Origin: an uncultured Bacteroidales bacterium
GTDB lineage: Bacteria > Bacteroidota > Bacteroidia > Bacteroidales > JAADJA01
NCBI GenBank assembly: GCA_963764475.1
Contig: CAVXTE010000059.1
Span: forward strand, 7,936-71,935
Direction: 5' to 3'
Length of the DNA: 64,000 nucleotides
Every line of letters starts with the position of its first letter. Position 1 is the first letter of the stretch. Positions 21,901-31,694 of the stretch are shown piece after piece. A program made the position numbers and the translations under genes. Under the pieces are notes generated by a model. That model worked only from the letters and a program-made list of their open reading frames with translations, did not search any database and was not told the DNA's origin.

Positions 21901-22757
21901 GGACCAAAATTGACTCTTGCAACATCACCTATCCTAACCGGCACATTATCATGAACCACAACCACACTTTCCTCCAAATCTTTCAGTGATTTTATATAAC
22001 CCAATGCCCTGATCAGGTATTCAGCCCGGTTGAATTCAATGGTACGGGCACCGATATCGAGGTTGCTTTTGCGAACAGCCTGCATGATCTGCCCGACATT
22101 CACGCCATAAGCTTTCATGGCATTGGGATCGATATCGACCTGGTATTCTTTCACAAATCCTCCGATGGAAGCAACTTCCGAAACCCCTTTGGCCGAAGTC
22201 AGGGCATAGCGGACATAATAATCCTGTATGCTTCTCAACTCCTGCGGATCCCAGCCTCCGGAAGGTTTGCCGTCTTTATCGCGACCTTCGAGGGTATACC
22301 AGTAAATCTGTCCGAGAGCGGTGGCATCAGGTCCAAGAGATGGTGTCACACCTTCAGGAAGAGTTCCGGCAGGCAGTGAATTCAGTTTTTCGAGGATGCG
22401 GGTCCGGCTCCAGTAAAATTCAATATCATCATCGAAAATGATATAAATGCTTGAAACGCCAAAAATGGAATTGCTGCGGATCGTTTTTACACCCGGAATG
22501 CCAAGTAACGCCGTTGTGAGTGGATAGGATATCTGGTCCTCGATATCCTGCGGAGAACGGCCCGGCCATTCCGTATAAACGATCTGCTGGTTCTCACCAA
22601 TATCGGGTATGGCATCAACCGGTACGGGATCGCTTGGGAGAAAGCCTGTTTTCCAGTTGAATGGAGCATTAACGATTCCCCAACCGATAAAGGTGATCAG
22701 AACAATAAAGGTAATCAGCTTGTTTTCCAGAAAAAACCGAATAATCTTATTCAGCAT
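18915..22757 (-). CDS. cusA: CusA/CzcA heavy-metal RND permease, frameshifted near 19370-19440
   Basis: VDAIPDIGENQQIV; LGPDATALGQIYWY; GIAIAIGVMVD; the C-terminal part (GFIALFGIATDDG, RVRPAMMT) is in ORF 18915..19337. Confidence 0.92.
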
Positions 22758-22856
22758 GATACATGATTTTAATTGAATTTTTTGATGTTGTAAAATTGGA
22801 AATCAAAGCATAATCCATCCACATGGACATGCTCCATCAAAGGCATTCAATTAAAA

Positions 22857-23231
22857 TCAGAGTAAAAACGACTGGAAAGAAGAAAGCATTTCGGGACCGG
22901 ATCGTCCGGGCGGCGATTTGCTGATAAAAGCGTAATTGTTTGAATTTTCAGTAAATGTTTGATTGAAAATGACGATTGGTGATAACATCAGGTCAACCTG
23001 CGAAATTTGCAATTTTTCAAAGTGAACGGGCGATGACAGATCTTCTTTGAGTTTTACATAGTGATCTTCCGTATGACATTTTCCGCAATCGCTCTTGCAG
23101 CAGGAAGCAGCCTGGTGATTGACTGCAACACTTACCAGATCGTCTCCACAGTAATGGGTTGATAGCGTAAACCCTGTGAAAGCTACCAGCAGGTTAACCG
23201 AAACAATGATATTTAAAAATGCTTTTATCAT
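22857..23231 (-). CDS. HYC_CC_PP family protein (leads Bacteroidota metal-efflux operons)
   Basis: HYCG...SCC...KSPP motifs. Confidence 0.8.
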   Translation of the reverse strand: MIKAFLNIIVSVNLLVAFTGFTLSTHYCGDDLVSVAVNHQAASCCKSDCGKCHTEDHYVKLKEDLSSPVHFEKLQISQVDLMLSPIVIFNQTFTENSNNYAFISKSPPGRSGPEMLSSFQSFLL

Positions 23232-23245
23232 TCTAATTGAAAGTG

Positions 23246-23253
23246 CAAATATA
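23246..23253 (-). promoter_or_regulatory. Bacteroidota -7 promoter element for the cus operon
   Basis: TATATTTG on the minus strand, just upstream of the 23231 start. Confidence 0.55.
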
Positions 23254-23404
23254 ACGAAATTTAAATATATAAGTTTGAGTTTATAATGAAATTAACATTT
23301 ATTAAGGATCGATATTATTAACGTTCAGGTTGCACTGATTTTGAAAACCGCAAAATAAGAAGGGACCTGAATAATGATTAATTTTGTTCCGGAATTTTAA
23401 ATTT

Positions 23405-23695
23405 ATGCAATCAGTAACAGAAAATCAGAAAAAGACAGCGCGTTATGCCAAGGCCATGGGACATCCAATACGGATGTACATTTTGGATTTGCTGTCGAAA
23501 CAAGCCTGTTGTTATAGTGGCGATTTAAGCGAGGTTTTGCCAATTGCCAAATCGACCTTATCTCAGCACCTGAAAGAATTAAAAAATGCAGGCCTGATAC
23601 AGGGTGAAATCGAGCCCCCCAAAATTAAATATTGCCTTAACAATGAAAATTGGGAAGAGGCAAAAAAACTTTTTGAGAACTTCCTTGGTGGTTGA
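23405..23695 (+). CDS. arsR: ArsR/SmtB transcriptional repressor (type 1)
   Basis: AKAMGHPIR..IL; ACCYSGDL; STLSQHLKELKNAGLI; YCL. Confidence 0.9.
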   Translation: MQSVTENQKKTARYAKAMGHPIRMYILDLLSKQACCYSGDLSEVLPIAKSTLSQHLKELKNAGLIQGEIEPPKIKYCLNNENWEEAKKLFENFLGG

Positions 23696-23754
23696 TTTTT
23701 TCTATTCACTATTGTTCATTAAATTGCGAACAATGAACAGAAATAAAATATAAC

Positions 23755-23826
23755 ATGGAAATAAAAGTTTTAGAAACAGGTTGTTTTAAAAGCATAACCC
23801 TGGAAAATATCACACGTGAAACTTAA
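23755..23826 (+). pseudogene. Truncated MTH895/ArsE thioredoxin-like gene
   Basis: MEIKVLETGCFKSITLENITRET* is a degenerate copy of the 26014 start. Confidence 0.7.
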
Positions 23827-23895
23827 TGTGCAAATTGATGAATATTTAAATTTGGAATAATCATCAAAATAAAATTCCATTTTAAAAAGTACAGG

Positions 23896-24792
23896 TTAAT
23901 TTTTAATACATCTAACCGACCTGCCATTCTCCTTATAATCTGTATACCTGAATACATTTGCCGAATTGTAATTAATTACCCTGATCCAGATATAATTGCT
24001 GGGGTCTGCTGTGGAACTCCACCAGTATCCATAATAACCAACTAAACTAAAGGTACCATTGTTAAAACGTTGGTCACCGGGAAGCGCAGTGAACCCTGAC
24101 TCATTGGTGGCACCTTCATTCGGAGAAATCCAATGTGTGAAGCCGGTTTCTTTTAGTTTCCCACCGGCACCGGTTAATCCGCCAAGATAGTCAGTTAACT
24201 CTGTCCATTCTCCATCTGTGGGTACATGCCAGCCTATAGGGCATAAATTTCCGGAATTTACAGCGTACCAATTATAAAGGGCTCCATAAGGCGTTCCGTA
24301 AACGGGATAATTTTCGTGCCAGCAGTATGCAGGAGTAGTCAGAGCGGCCCAGGCTGTATTATCAGTCACCAATTGAATGCTGTTGCTATTGTTAAAATTA
24401 GTGGTCGCCAGGTTTTCTTTCATCCAACATTGGGTGCCAATCAAAACGGTCTGGTATACATTTCCATCTATGTCAGAAACTGTAGAAGTACCACAGACGA
24501 AAGCTTCTGAAACTGCACCACCCATCATGTTAACCCATTCTGTTCCATTGAAGGTTTGCATTTCACCGTTGAGTCCACAGTTGGTGCACCATAAAAGCAA
24601 TCCCGCACTAGGATTAGTGATCGCATCTCGCTGGGCTCCTGTCATTCGGGGCGGCAAAAATCCTTTTGCAGTACTTTTTACATCCAGTATGGCACTAGAA
24701 TCGGGGTCGGAACCATCGGTGTTAATACTTACCTGGGCAAAAGTACCAATGCCTAGCAGCGTAATCAGTAGAGTAAAAATTTGTTTTTTCAT
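23896..24792 (-). CDS. FISUMP (Fibrobacter succinogenes major paralogous domain) secreted protein
   Basis: DIDGNVYQTVLIGTQCWMKENL; YGALYNWYAV; LCPIGWHVPTDGEW; GRSVRCIK. Confidence 0.9.
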   Translation of the reverse strand: MKKQIFTLLITLLGIGTFAQVSINTDGSDPDSSAILDVKSTAKGFLPPRMTGAQRDAITNPSAGLLLWCTNCGLNGEMQTFNGTEWVNMMGGAVSEAFVCGTSTVSDIDGNVYQTVLIGTQCWMKENLATTNFNNSNSIQLVTDNTAWAALTTPAYCWHENYPVYGTPYGALYNWYAVNSGNLCPIGWHVPTDGEWTELTDYLGGLTGAGGKLKETGFTHWISPNEGATNESGFTALPGDQRFNNGTFSLVGYYGYWWSSTADPSNYIWIRVINYNSANVFRYTDYKENGRSVRCIKN

Positions 24793-25404
24793 GTGAGGTT
24801 ATTTTTGTTTTTGTTTGTTGTATTATTAACGCTTGATGCGAGATGGAATGCGTATAAAATGTAAGGTGGGCATAAAATCTGGAAAAATGTAAAAGGGTAA
24901 TTTTTATTCATTTATTGCACCAGTTAAATGTACTAACCTCCACCGAATAATTTTGGCGAAAACACGATATCCGTCAATCAAGATTTCAAAGTATTTTATT
25001 AAAGCAATGTTTTGAGGCTCGTGACTTCGAACGTTATCATTAATGAATTGTTCAGCCAAAAAGGCTGATATTACCCAATACTGACTTATTTAACAACAAT
25101 TTAACATCCTTGAAATATTGCAGCCGCTATTGAGAGAAAACAAATGGAATGTTGCCTTTCAAAATAGCCAAATCCGGAATAGCCGGATAAACATCGCCGG
25201 GATCCTCTGTTTAAGGCCAGACAAAATATTCCTCTCAGGCGAACCATGGTTGCTTAAACGGTTTATCCAAATAATTCCTGGAATTTTCACTTTCGGTTTA
25301 ATAATATTAATGCATTCACTTTGTAATCACCGACAATAGCATCGTTTTACGGAGAGGATACAATATTCAAGGTATCGTTGTTAAGGTATTCTTCAACAGG
25401 TGTA

Positions 25405-25542
25405 TGGCTGCTGGCCTTTTCGGTGAGCGGTGTCGGTAATTTTTATAATAAATTAATGGTCTTCGAAAAATGGTTTCGAAGGATTGTGGCGGTTGTCTCA
25501 ATTGTGGTTGGGTTTTACTTTATTGCAATATTCTTTACTTAA
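25405..25542 (+). pseudogene. 3' remnant of an ArsG-family permease
   Basis: WLLAFSVSGVGNFYNKLMVFEKWFRRIVAVVSIVVGFYFIAIFFT* parallels the C-terminus of 26692..27402. Confidence 0.7.
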
Positions 25543-25580
25543 TTGAATTTTACCACTAAAAAAATTTCTACGATTATTAA

Positions 25581-25622
25581 CGTAAAAATACGTCAGTTTA
25601 ATTTTTTTGACGTACTTTTACG
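25581..25622. promoter_or_regulatory. ArsR operator-like inverted repeat (15-12-15)
   Basis: CGTAAAAATACGTCA-N12-TGACGTACTTTTACG; a second copy lies at 39024..39065. Confidence 0.75.
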
Positions 25623-25643
25623 CCGGAATTTAAAATTGAAGTT

Positions 25644-25931
25644 ATGCCAACTGCAAAAACAGAACTTTTTGAAATTGATCTTCAGGAGAGTGCCTTACTT
25701 TTAAAAGCGGTAGGGCATCCGGCCCAGCTAGCCATCCTGAACTGCCTGTCAGAAACTAACAGTTGTTTAATAGGCGTTAGTTCCCAGGAAATTCCATTGG
25801 GAAGAACTACCGTCAATCAGCACCTGAAAGAATTAAAAAATGCAGGCTTGATGCAGGATGAAATCTATCCTCCCAAAATCAAATATTGTTTAAACTCGAA
25901 GAATTGGGAAGGTGCAAAAAAAACTTTTTGA
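25644..25931 (+). CDS. arsR: Chimeric, partly degenerate ArsR
   Basis: N-terminal half matches the 39088 ArsR; C-terminal half and downstream DNA match the 23405 ArsR. Confidence 0.75.
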   Translation: MPTAKTELFEIDLQESALLLKAVGHPAQLAILNCLSETNSCLIGVSSQEIPLGRTTVNQHLKELKNAGLMQDEIYPPKIKYCLNSKNWEGAKKTF

Positions 25932-26013
25932 GAATTTCCTTGGTTGTTGATTTTTTTTTATTCACCTTTGCCGTTCGCAATTTTACGAACAACGAACAGA
26001 AATAAAAAATAAC

Positions 26014-26248
26014 ATGGATATAAAAGTTTTGGGAACAGGTTGCCCTAAATGCAAAACCCTGGAAAAAATCACACGGGAAACATGTGGCACAAATGGGTAT
26101 AAATGCAGAGATATCGAAGGAAGAAGATATCATGAAAATAATGGAATACGGAATCATGCGTACACCCGGATTGGTTATCGACGGAAAAGTAGTATTAAGC
26201 GGCAGATTGCCCTCATCCGAAGAATTAAAAAAATTATTGACAATTTAA
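26014..26248 (+). CDS. MTH895/ArsE-family small thioredoxin-like protein (frameshifted)
   Basis: IKVLGTGCPKC; another frame continues EEDIMKIMEYGIMRTPGLVIDGKVVLSGRLPS. Confidence 0.8.
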
Positions 26249-26258
26249 TTTCACACAC

Positions 26259-26684
26259 ATGAAAAACAAAGAATTATTGCTTTCAATTTTAGTGATTTTA
26301 TCAGGTGCATTCGTCTCATGTACTGCGCAGACAAGTGATCAAAAACAGGCTAAGGATGGAAATTCAATTGATAAAGTCGAAGTTTATTACTTCCATTATG
26401 AACGTCGCTGTGCCACTTGCATGGCCGTTGAAGAGGAATCAAAGAAAGCTTTGGAAGAACTCTATCCCGAAAAAATGAAATCGGGAGAGATGATCTTTTT
26501 ATCGGTCAACATTGAGGACGAAACAAACCAACCTCTGGCTGAGCAGTACGAGGTTTCAGGTCAGACTTTATTAATTGTAAAAGGTACAAAGCAGGAAAAT
26601 CTGACAAACACAGCCTTTATGTATGCCAAGACAAATCCTGATAAACTTAAAAAAGCGATTGGTGAAGCAATAGAAAAGCTATAA
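26259..26684 (+). CDS. ArsF-family (nitroaromatic arsenical reductase subunit) thioredoxin-like lipoprotein
   Basis: Lipobox FVSC; VEVYYFHYERRCATC. Confidence 0.8.
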   Translation: MKNKELLLSILVILSGAFVSCTAQTSDQKQAKDGNSIDKVEVYYFHYERRCATCMAVEEESKKALEELYPEKMKSGEMIFLSVNIEDETNQPLAEQYEVSGQTLLIVKGTKQENLTNTAFMYAKTNPDKLKKAIGEAIEKL

Positions 26685-26691
26685 TCCTCAA

Positions 26692-27402
26692 ATGGAATTC
26701 CTTACTTCATTGTTGGAAAGTTCATCCTTCCCAATTTTAACGGCATTTATTCTCGGGCTGATGACGGCAATAAGCCCCTGTCCGCTGGCGACAAATATTA
26801 CAGCTGTCGGATATCTTAGCAAGGATATTCAAAATCGCAACAGAGTTTTTGTCAACGGGCTGGTTTATACTTTGGGCCGATCCTTGTCCTACACAATTTT
26901 AGCTGTAATTTTATTATACAGTGCTGAGCAATTTAAAATATCAGGATTCTTTCAGTTGTATGGCGAAAAGATCATCGGACCCTTATTGATTATCATAGGT
27001 TTCTTTATGCTCGATATTATTAAGGTAAATTTCCCGGGCTTTTCAACCCTGACGGATAAATTTTCGAAAAGTAAGGTCGTAAGCTATTGGAGTGTGTTAT
27101 TACTTGGGATAGTTTTTGCACTGGCATTTTGTCCGTACAGCGGCGTCCTCTATTTCGGCATGCTCGTTCCGATGACGATCAGCAGCAGCGAAGGCATACT
27201 GTTACCATTCATATTCGCTATTGGGACCGGAATACCGGTTATAATTTTCGCATGGCTTATCGCATACACATTGTCAGGAGTAAGTGGTTTCTATAAAAAT
27301 TTAAAATCTTTCGAATTTTGGTTTAGACGCATAGTGGCTGGTGTATTCATTCTGGTTGGTCTTTATTACCTGTATATTATCTATTTAAAAGATTTTTTTT
27401 AA
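26692..27402 (+). CDS. ArsG-family aromatic aminoarsenical efflux permease (CcdA-like)
   Basis: GLMTAISPCPLATNI; FALAFCPYSG. Confidence 0.82.
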   Translation: MEFLTSLLESSSFPILTAFILGLMTAISPCPLATNITAVGYLSKDIQNRNRVFVNGLVYTLGRSLSYTILAVILLYSAEQFKISGFFQLYGEKIIGPLLIIIGFFMLDIIKVNFPGFSTLTDKFSKSKVVSYWSVLLLGIVFALAFCPYSGVLYFGMLVPMTISSSEGILLPFIFAIGTGIPVIIFAWLIAYTLSGVSGFYKNLKSFEFWFRRIVAGVFILVGLYYLYIIYLKDFF

Positions 27403-28439
27403 TGCATTCAGGAATATTAAATACCGATAAGGGTAAGATTATATTACCCCTGATTTTATTACCTTTCTGGTATTTTATATATCATTTTTTACAGCCGTTT
27501 ACCGACTGGTTTATTTTTTCGGCGCTGGGCATGATCAAAGGTGAGCACTTTGCTGAAGCAATCTGGTTCTTCGCTTTCGAATTTCCAAAAGTGATGTTAT
27601 TACTCACCTTAATAATATTCTTCGTTGGAGTAATCCGCACCTATTTTACACCTGAAAGAACCCGCAAGGCACTGGAAGGCAAAAAAACCCTGACAGGCAA
27701 TGTAATGGCATCTACATTAGGTATTGTCACTCCATTCTGTTCATGTTCCGCAATCCCTTTGTTTCTTGGTTTCGTCGAAAGCGGTGTTCCTTTGGGTGTC
27801 ACATTTTCTTTTCTTATTTCAGCACCGATGATAAACGAAGTAGCTGTTGTGTTGCTTTATGGTATGTTTGGCTGGAAAGTAGTCTCCATTTACATTGGTA
27901 CAGGTTTGTTTATTGCCATCTTTGCAGGTTGGGTCATCGGAAGACTAAAACTTGAAAAATGGGTTGAACCATGGGTGTACAAAGTAAAGGTAGGTCGAAA
28001 TGCTTTTGATGAAGAAAAAATACATTTTAGTGAAAGAATTAAATATGGATATGACGCCGTAAAAGAAATTGTAGGAAAAGTGTGGTTGTATGTTGCCATT
28101 GGTATTGCAGTGGGTGCTGGCGTGCATGGTTATGTTCCGGAAGATTTTATGGCAGCCCTTATGGGAAAATCTGCATGGTTTTCGGTTCCGCTTTCCATTC
28201 TGATTGGTATTCCTCTCTATTCCAATGCTGCGGGCATTGTCCCGATAGTTTCTGTTCTCATTGAAAAAGGAGCCTCTCTCGGAACGGCTTTAGCATTTAT
28301 GATGGCAGTTATCGGACTATCACTGCCCGAGATGGTGATTCTTAGAAAAGTACTAAAACTCCCTTTGATCTTTACATTTATCGGAATTGTGGGCACAGGA
28401 ATTTTGATGGTAGGGTTTCTGTTTAATTGGATTTTTTAA
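27402..28439 (+). CDS. ArsP-family permease
   Basis: TPFCSCSAIP; FLISAPMINE; LSLPEMVIL. Confidence 0.85.
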   Translation: MHSGILNTDKGKIILPLILLPFWYFIYHFLQPFTDWFIFSALGMIKGEHFAEAIWFFAFEFPKVMLLLTLIIFFVGVIRTYFTPERTRKALEGKKTLTGNVMASTLGIVTPFCSCSAIPLFLGFVESGVPLGVTFSFLISAPMINEVAVVLLYGMFGWKVVSIYIGTGLFIAIFAGWVIGRLKLEKWVEPWVYKVKVGRNAFDEEKIHFSERIKYGYDAVKEIVGKVWLYVAIGIAVGAGVHGYVPEDFMAALMGKSAWFSVPLSILIGIPLYSNAAGIVPIVSVLIEKGASLGTALAFMMAVIGLSLPEMVILRKVLKLPLIFTFIGIVGTGILMVGFLFNWIF

Positions 28440-28449
28440 TAATAAAACG

Positions 28450-28725
28450 ATGCTCGAAATCATAATACTAGGTACAGGTTGTTCTAAAAAAACAAAACCT
28501 GAACAAATGATTTTCAACATTTTTGAAGTGAATAGTATCGATGCCGATATTCAAAATATCAAAGAGTTCAAAGAGTATGGTAAATATGCGTTAGTGATGA
28601 CATCCGGATTAGTGGTAAAAGGTAAAGTATTTTTGCAAAGTAAAATACTTGTAAAGAGTACGCATGAACGTTGGCAGAGGGATGCAAAAAACAACAAATG
28701 GTTTAAAAAAACTCTAATTAAATAA
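28450..28725 (+). pseudogene. Degenerate second thioredoxin-like (ArsE-type) gene
   Basis: IIILGTGCSKK (second Cys lost); YALVMTSGLVVKGKV. Confidence 0.55.
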
Positions 28726-29231
28726 TACTATTTGCAAATTAATCCAGGTGAGATCAATTCACATAAATAACAATGGATTATTTAATATCAACGATTTCTT
28801 TCGTGGCAGCATTTATTTTCTCACTCGGCGGGGTAGGGGCTGCTATTATTCTGATACCCATATTGGTGTCATTCGGTATTCCCATTGGAGTAGCAAAGCC
28901 TGTCGGACTTTTCTATAACACAGTAAGTTTAGTCGGTGCCAGTGTTTCAAATATCCGGAATAAAAGGCTCGATTTTAAGATTGGATTACCGATTATCATT
29001 TTTTCATTTCTGTTTGCAATTCTTGGAGCCTGGGTGTCTCAATATAATCCTAAAAAAATCATTCTGATTCTTTTCACTGGGTTGTTACTTTTCTCAGGAA
29101 TAATGTTTTTGTTTCACAAGAAAAATGGTCAGGACCTCTATCGTGATGACAGAACCTATGGTGCTCTTTCCGGAATCGGGGCTTTTGCCGGATTTTTATC
29201 AGGATTGCTTGGAATGGGCGGCGGAACTATT
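28718..29231. repeat. ~514-bp direct repeat, copy 1 (leader plus 5' part of tauE)
   Basis: Near-identical to 36461..36974 (offset 7743). Confidence 0.9.
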
Positions 29232-29618
29232 TCAAGGCTCGCAACAAGAAAAGTTCCTGAAGAACTAAAATTTGTTGAAACAGTAACACTATGTTTGCCG
29301 CTTTATCTTGCAGGTTACGAGGAGGAAAGAAACGTTGCGAAAGTATTTCCGACGATATCTGTAGACGGTTGTGATAAACTTTGTGCTAAAAGAAGCACGG
29401 AAAAATATAGCGGCAAGGTCAACGGGTTTATAGATGTTTCGAAGATCAATGGGAATGAAAACGCATTTAATACAAAAATCGCAAGGAATAAAGATCTTAA
29501 GGACGAACATCTGCAAATGGTATATGAAGTCGCCAGAGAGATTGTTAAGAAGATCAGCGGTATCTCACCGGATTCCTGGACTGGAAAATCATTTGGTGGT
29601 TGTGGCTGCGTGAGCTGA
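28773..29618 (+). CDS. Fusion of a TauE/SafE N-terminal half to a DGC-type putative zinc-binding domain
   Basis: First ~150 aa nearly identical to 36516..37253; then GGTISRLATRKV...TLCLPL...VDGCDKLCAKR. Confidence 0.75.
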   Translation: MDYLISTISFVAAFIFSLGGVGAAIILIPILVSFGIPIGVAKPVGLFYNTVSLVGASVSNIRNKRLDFKIGLPIIIFSFLFAILGAWVSQYNPKKIILILFTGLLLFSGIMFLFHKKNGQDLYRDDRTYGALSGIGAFAGFLSGLLGMGGGTISRLATRKVPEELKFVETVTLCLPLYLAGYEEERNVAKVFPTISVDGCDKLCAKRSTEKYSGKVNGFIDVSKINGNENAFNTKIARNKDLKDEHLQMVYEVAREIVKKISGISPDSWTGKSFGGCGCVS

Positions 29619-29738
29619 TGCTAATGTGATGCTTTATTGCTGAACCTTCCCAGCCCCGGCATTTAAACTTGAGAACCTGATTACCAATAAAAAACGTTAA
29701 AAAAATTTAAATTTACTTGACAATTGTAAAAAAGTATT

Positions 29739-29761
29739 TATCTTTGTAAGTAAATACTCAC
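29739..29761 (+). promoter_or_regulatory. -7 promoter (TATCTTTG) overlapping a TetR operator-like palindrome
   Basis: GTAAGTAAATACTCAC; a second copy ATAAGTAAATACTTAC lies at 30373..30388. Confidence 0.65.
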
Positions 29762-29765
29762 ACAC

Positions 29766-30356
29766 GTGGAACGTAAAAGTACAGAAATAAGACAGGAACA
29801 AATCAAGCAGGCCGTACTCGATATCATATATACCGATGGTCTAAAGAAACTATCCACTCACAATCTGGCCAAAAGGATAGGTATGAGCGAAGGGACTATT
29901 TTTCGCCATTTCGCTTCCAAACAGGATATCATATTATCTATCATTAAGGATGTCCAGGAAGAATTTATCGGCAGGTTAAGGACTATTGCCAATTCGAAGA
30001 CAGAGCCAGAAACAAGGTTGTACGATTACTTGTGCGAAACAGTCAGGTATTTGACAGACAACAAGGGAATTACGATGTTGCTATTTTCCGAAGCATCGCA
30101 TAACAACGATGCCTCTCTTAAGGCAAATCTTCAGCAAATCTTTAACAACCAAAAGATATTAGTGAGTAAAATAATCCTGGATGGGATTGCTATGGGCATG
30201 TGGGACGAGGGCATCGCCGTTGAAAATGTCGCAATGATATACATGGGAATCCCCGTATCACTGAATATTGAATTAGTCTTGGGTGGGGGCGAATTTCATG
30301 CCGACAATTATTGCAGTAAAATGATGCAGTTATTAGTTAAAATCCTTGAAAAATAA
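29766..30356 (+). CDS. TetR/AcrR transcriptional regulator
   Basis: RQEQI...GL..LST..LAKRIGMSEGTIFRHF.SK helix-turn-helix. Confidence 0.92.
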   Translation: MERKSTEIRQEQIKQAVLDIIYTDGLKKLSTHNLAKRIGMSEGTIFRHFASKQDIILSIIKDVQEEFIGRLRTIANSKTEPETRLYDYLCETVRYLTDNKGITMLLFSEASHNNDASLKANLQQIFNNQKILVSKIILDGIAMGMWDEGIAVENVAMIYMGIPVSLNIELVLGGGEFHADNYCSKMMQLLVKILEK

Positions 30357-30372
30357 TTTTTTTGTCAATAAA

Positions 30373-30388
30373 ATAAGTAAATACTTAC
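30373..30388. promoter_or_regulatory. Second TetR operator-like palindrome upstream of tolC
   Basis: ATAAGTAAATACTTAC. Confidence 0.6.
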
Positions 30389-30398
30389 TTAATAAAAA

Positions 30399-31694
30399 AT
30401 GGAGGTGATCATGATCAAACATTTGTTAATTCTACTTTTAATTCCTGTTCTGTCAAATTCCCAGGAAATAATGAATGTCGGACAACTATTTGACTCGCTC
30501 AAAACTCACCCTGTCACGAAAGGTGATGAAATACGGATCGAACAGGCCCTTGTCGGAAAAACAATAGCTTACAGCAAGCTATATCCAAACATCGACCTTT
30601 TTGGAAGGTACGATTATGCATCAACCGCCACTGGGATGCTGCCGGTTCCGCCAAATGACCTTTTGGCGATGGTTAAAGACCCTAATGTTGCCCAGCCCTT
30701 TAGCGAAAATATACTAAGGCTTGGAGTGGCGATTTCCATGCCAGTTTTCGAGGCCTCTATTTTTCCAATGGCGGCCAAAGCAAAAATGATGGCACAGTCA
30801 GCCGAAGATCTCAAAGCAAACAATCTGCTTAAGAACGAGGCCACGATTGTTGGCGCTAATGCTAACCTTTTGTATATGGATGCCTTGGAGCAGGCATTGG
30901 AGAAGAAAAAGGCTTCGATGATGAAAACAAAAGAATTTGTGGTCATGAAAGTCAATAATGGCCGCGCCCCTGAATCCGCCCTCCTGAACATCAACAATGG
31001 GATCAATCAAATTGATATTTTGAAAAACGACCTTGCATTACAACGGGAAGGGGTGGTGGCGGTTATTCAATCACTGACGGGCGTTGCCTTAAAAAGCCCG
31101 GTAAATATGGAGCAGGTAGGAACTTTCCAGGATGGTGACCTGAAAGCGCTCGACCCGTTGCGGGAAAAAGCGGAAGCCGACCGCCTGGGATACAGGGCCG
31201 AAAAGCAAAAACTCTTGCCTGCCCTGGTCCTGCAAGGCAGCTATAGCAAAAATACCGCAGACGCTTATAATAACAATCATCGCGTAAATAATAACTATGG
31301 AACAGCCGGGATCATTTTAAAAGTTCCTCTTTTTGCAAAGGACCAGTATGCCAAAATCAGGAATGACAAGCTCGAGTATGAAAGCACAAAAAACGATGTT
31401 GACCGGATGAGCCTTGAACTTGCATCGCAGGCTTCGCAGTTGCAAAATAGCCTGCGGTTGCTGGATAACTCAATCCGGTTGTATGAAAATAGCGTTAAAG
31501 AGAAGGAGCAACTTTTAGACATCGCCGGGGTCAGCTACCAATCGGATCAACTGACCATGGAAGATTACCTGAAATACGAGGACGATGTAATTTTCGAAAA
31601 ATCAAAGCTTTTCAAATCCCAGGCCGAGAAATGGCAATCACTGATGAAGTTATGTGTAATTTATGGAAATAATATTGAGGAGATTGTAAAATGA
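30399..31694 (+). CDS. TolC-family outer-membrane protein
   Basis: Two OEP-like halves (KLYPNIDL, KLLPALVL); first gene of the RND operon. Confidence 0.85.
   Translation: MEVIMIKHLLILLLIPVLSNSQEIMNVGQLFDSLKTHPVTKGDEIRIEQALVGKTIAYSKLYPNIDLFGRYDYASTATGMLPVPPNDLLAMVKDPNVAQPFSENILRLGVAISMPVFEASIFPMAAKAKMMAQSAEDLKANNLLKNEATIVGANANLLYMDALEQALEKKKASMMKTKEFVVMKVNNGRAPESALLNINNGINQIDILKNDLALQREGVVAVIQSLTGVALKSPVNMEQVGTFQDGDLKALDPLREKAEADRLGYRAEKQKLLPALVLQGSYSKNTADAYNNNHRVNNNYGTAGIILKVPLFAKDQYAKIRNDKLEYESTKNDVDRMSLELASQASQLQNSLRLLDNSIRLYENSVKEKEQLLDIAGVSYQSDQLTMEDYLKYEDDVIFEKSKLFKSQAEKWQSLMKLCVIYGNNIEEIVK

Noticed and set aside
11115-22669. Numerous overlapping opposite-strand or alternate-frame ORFs over copA, cusB and cusA (and similarly elsewhere)
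   Set aside because: Shadow ORFs of well-supported genes, with no recognisable motifs.
17237-24792. Diversity-generating retroelement (Avd-like gene plus FISUMP lectin-like target)
   Set aside because: No reverse transcriptase and no template/variable repeat pair differing at adenines was seen.
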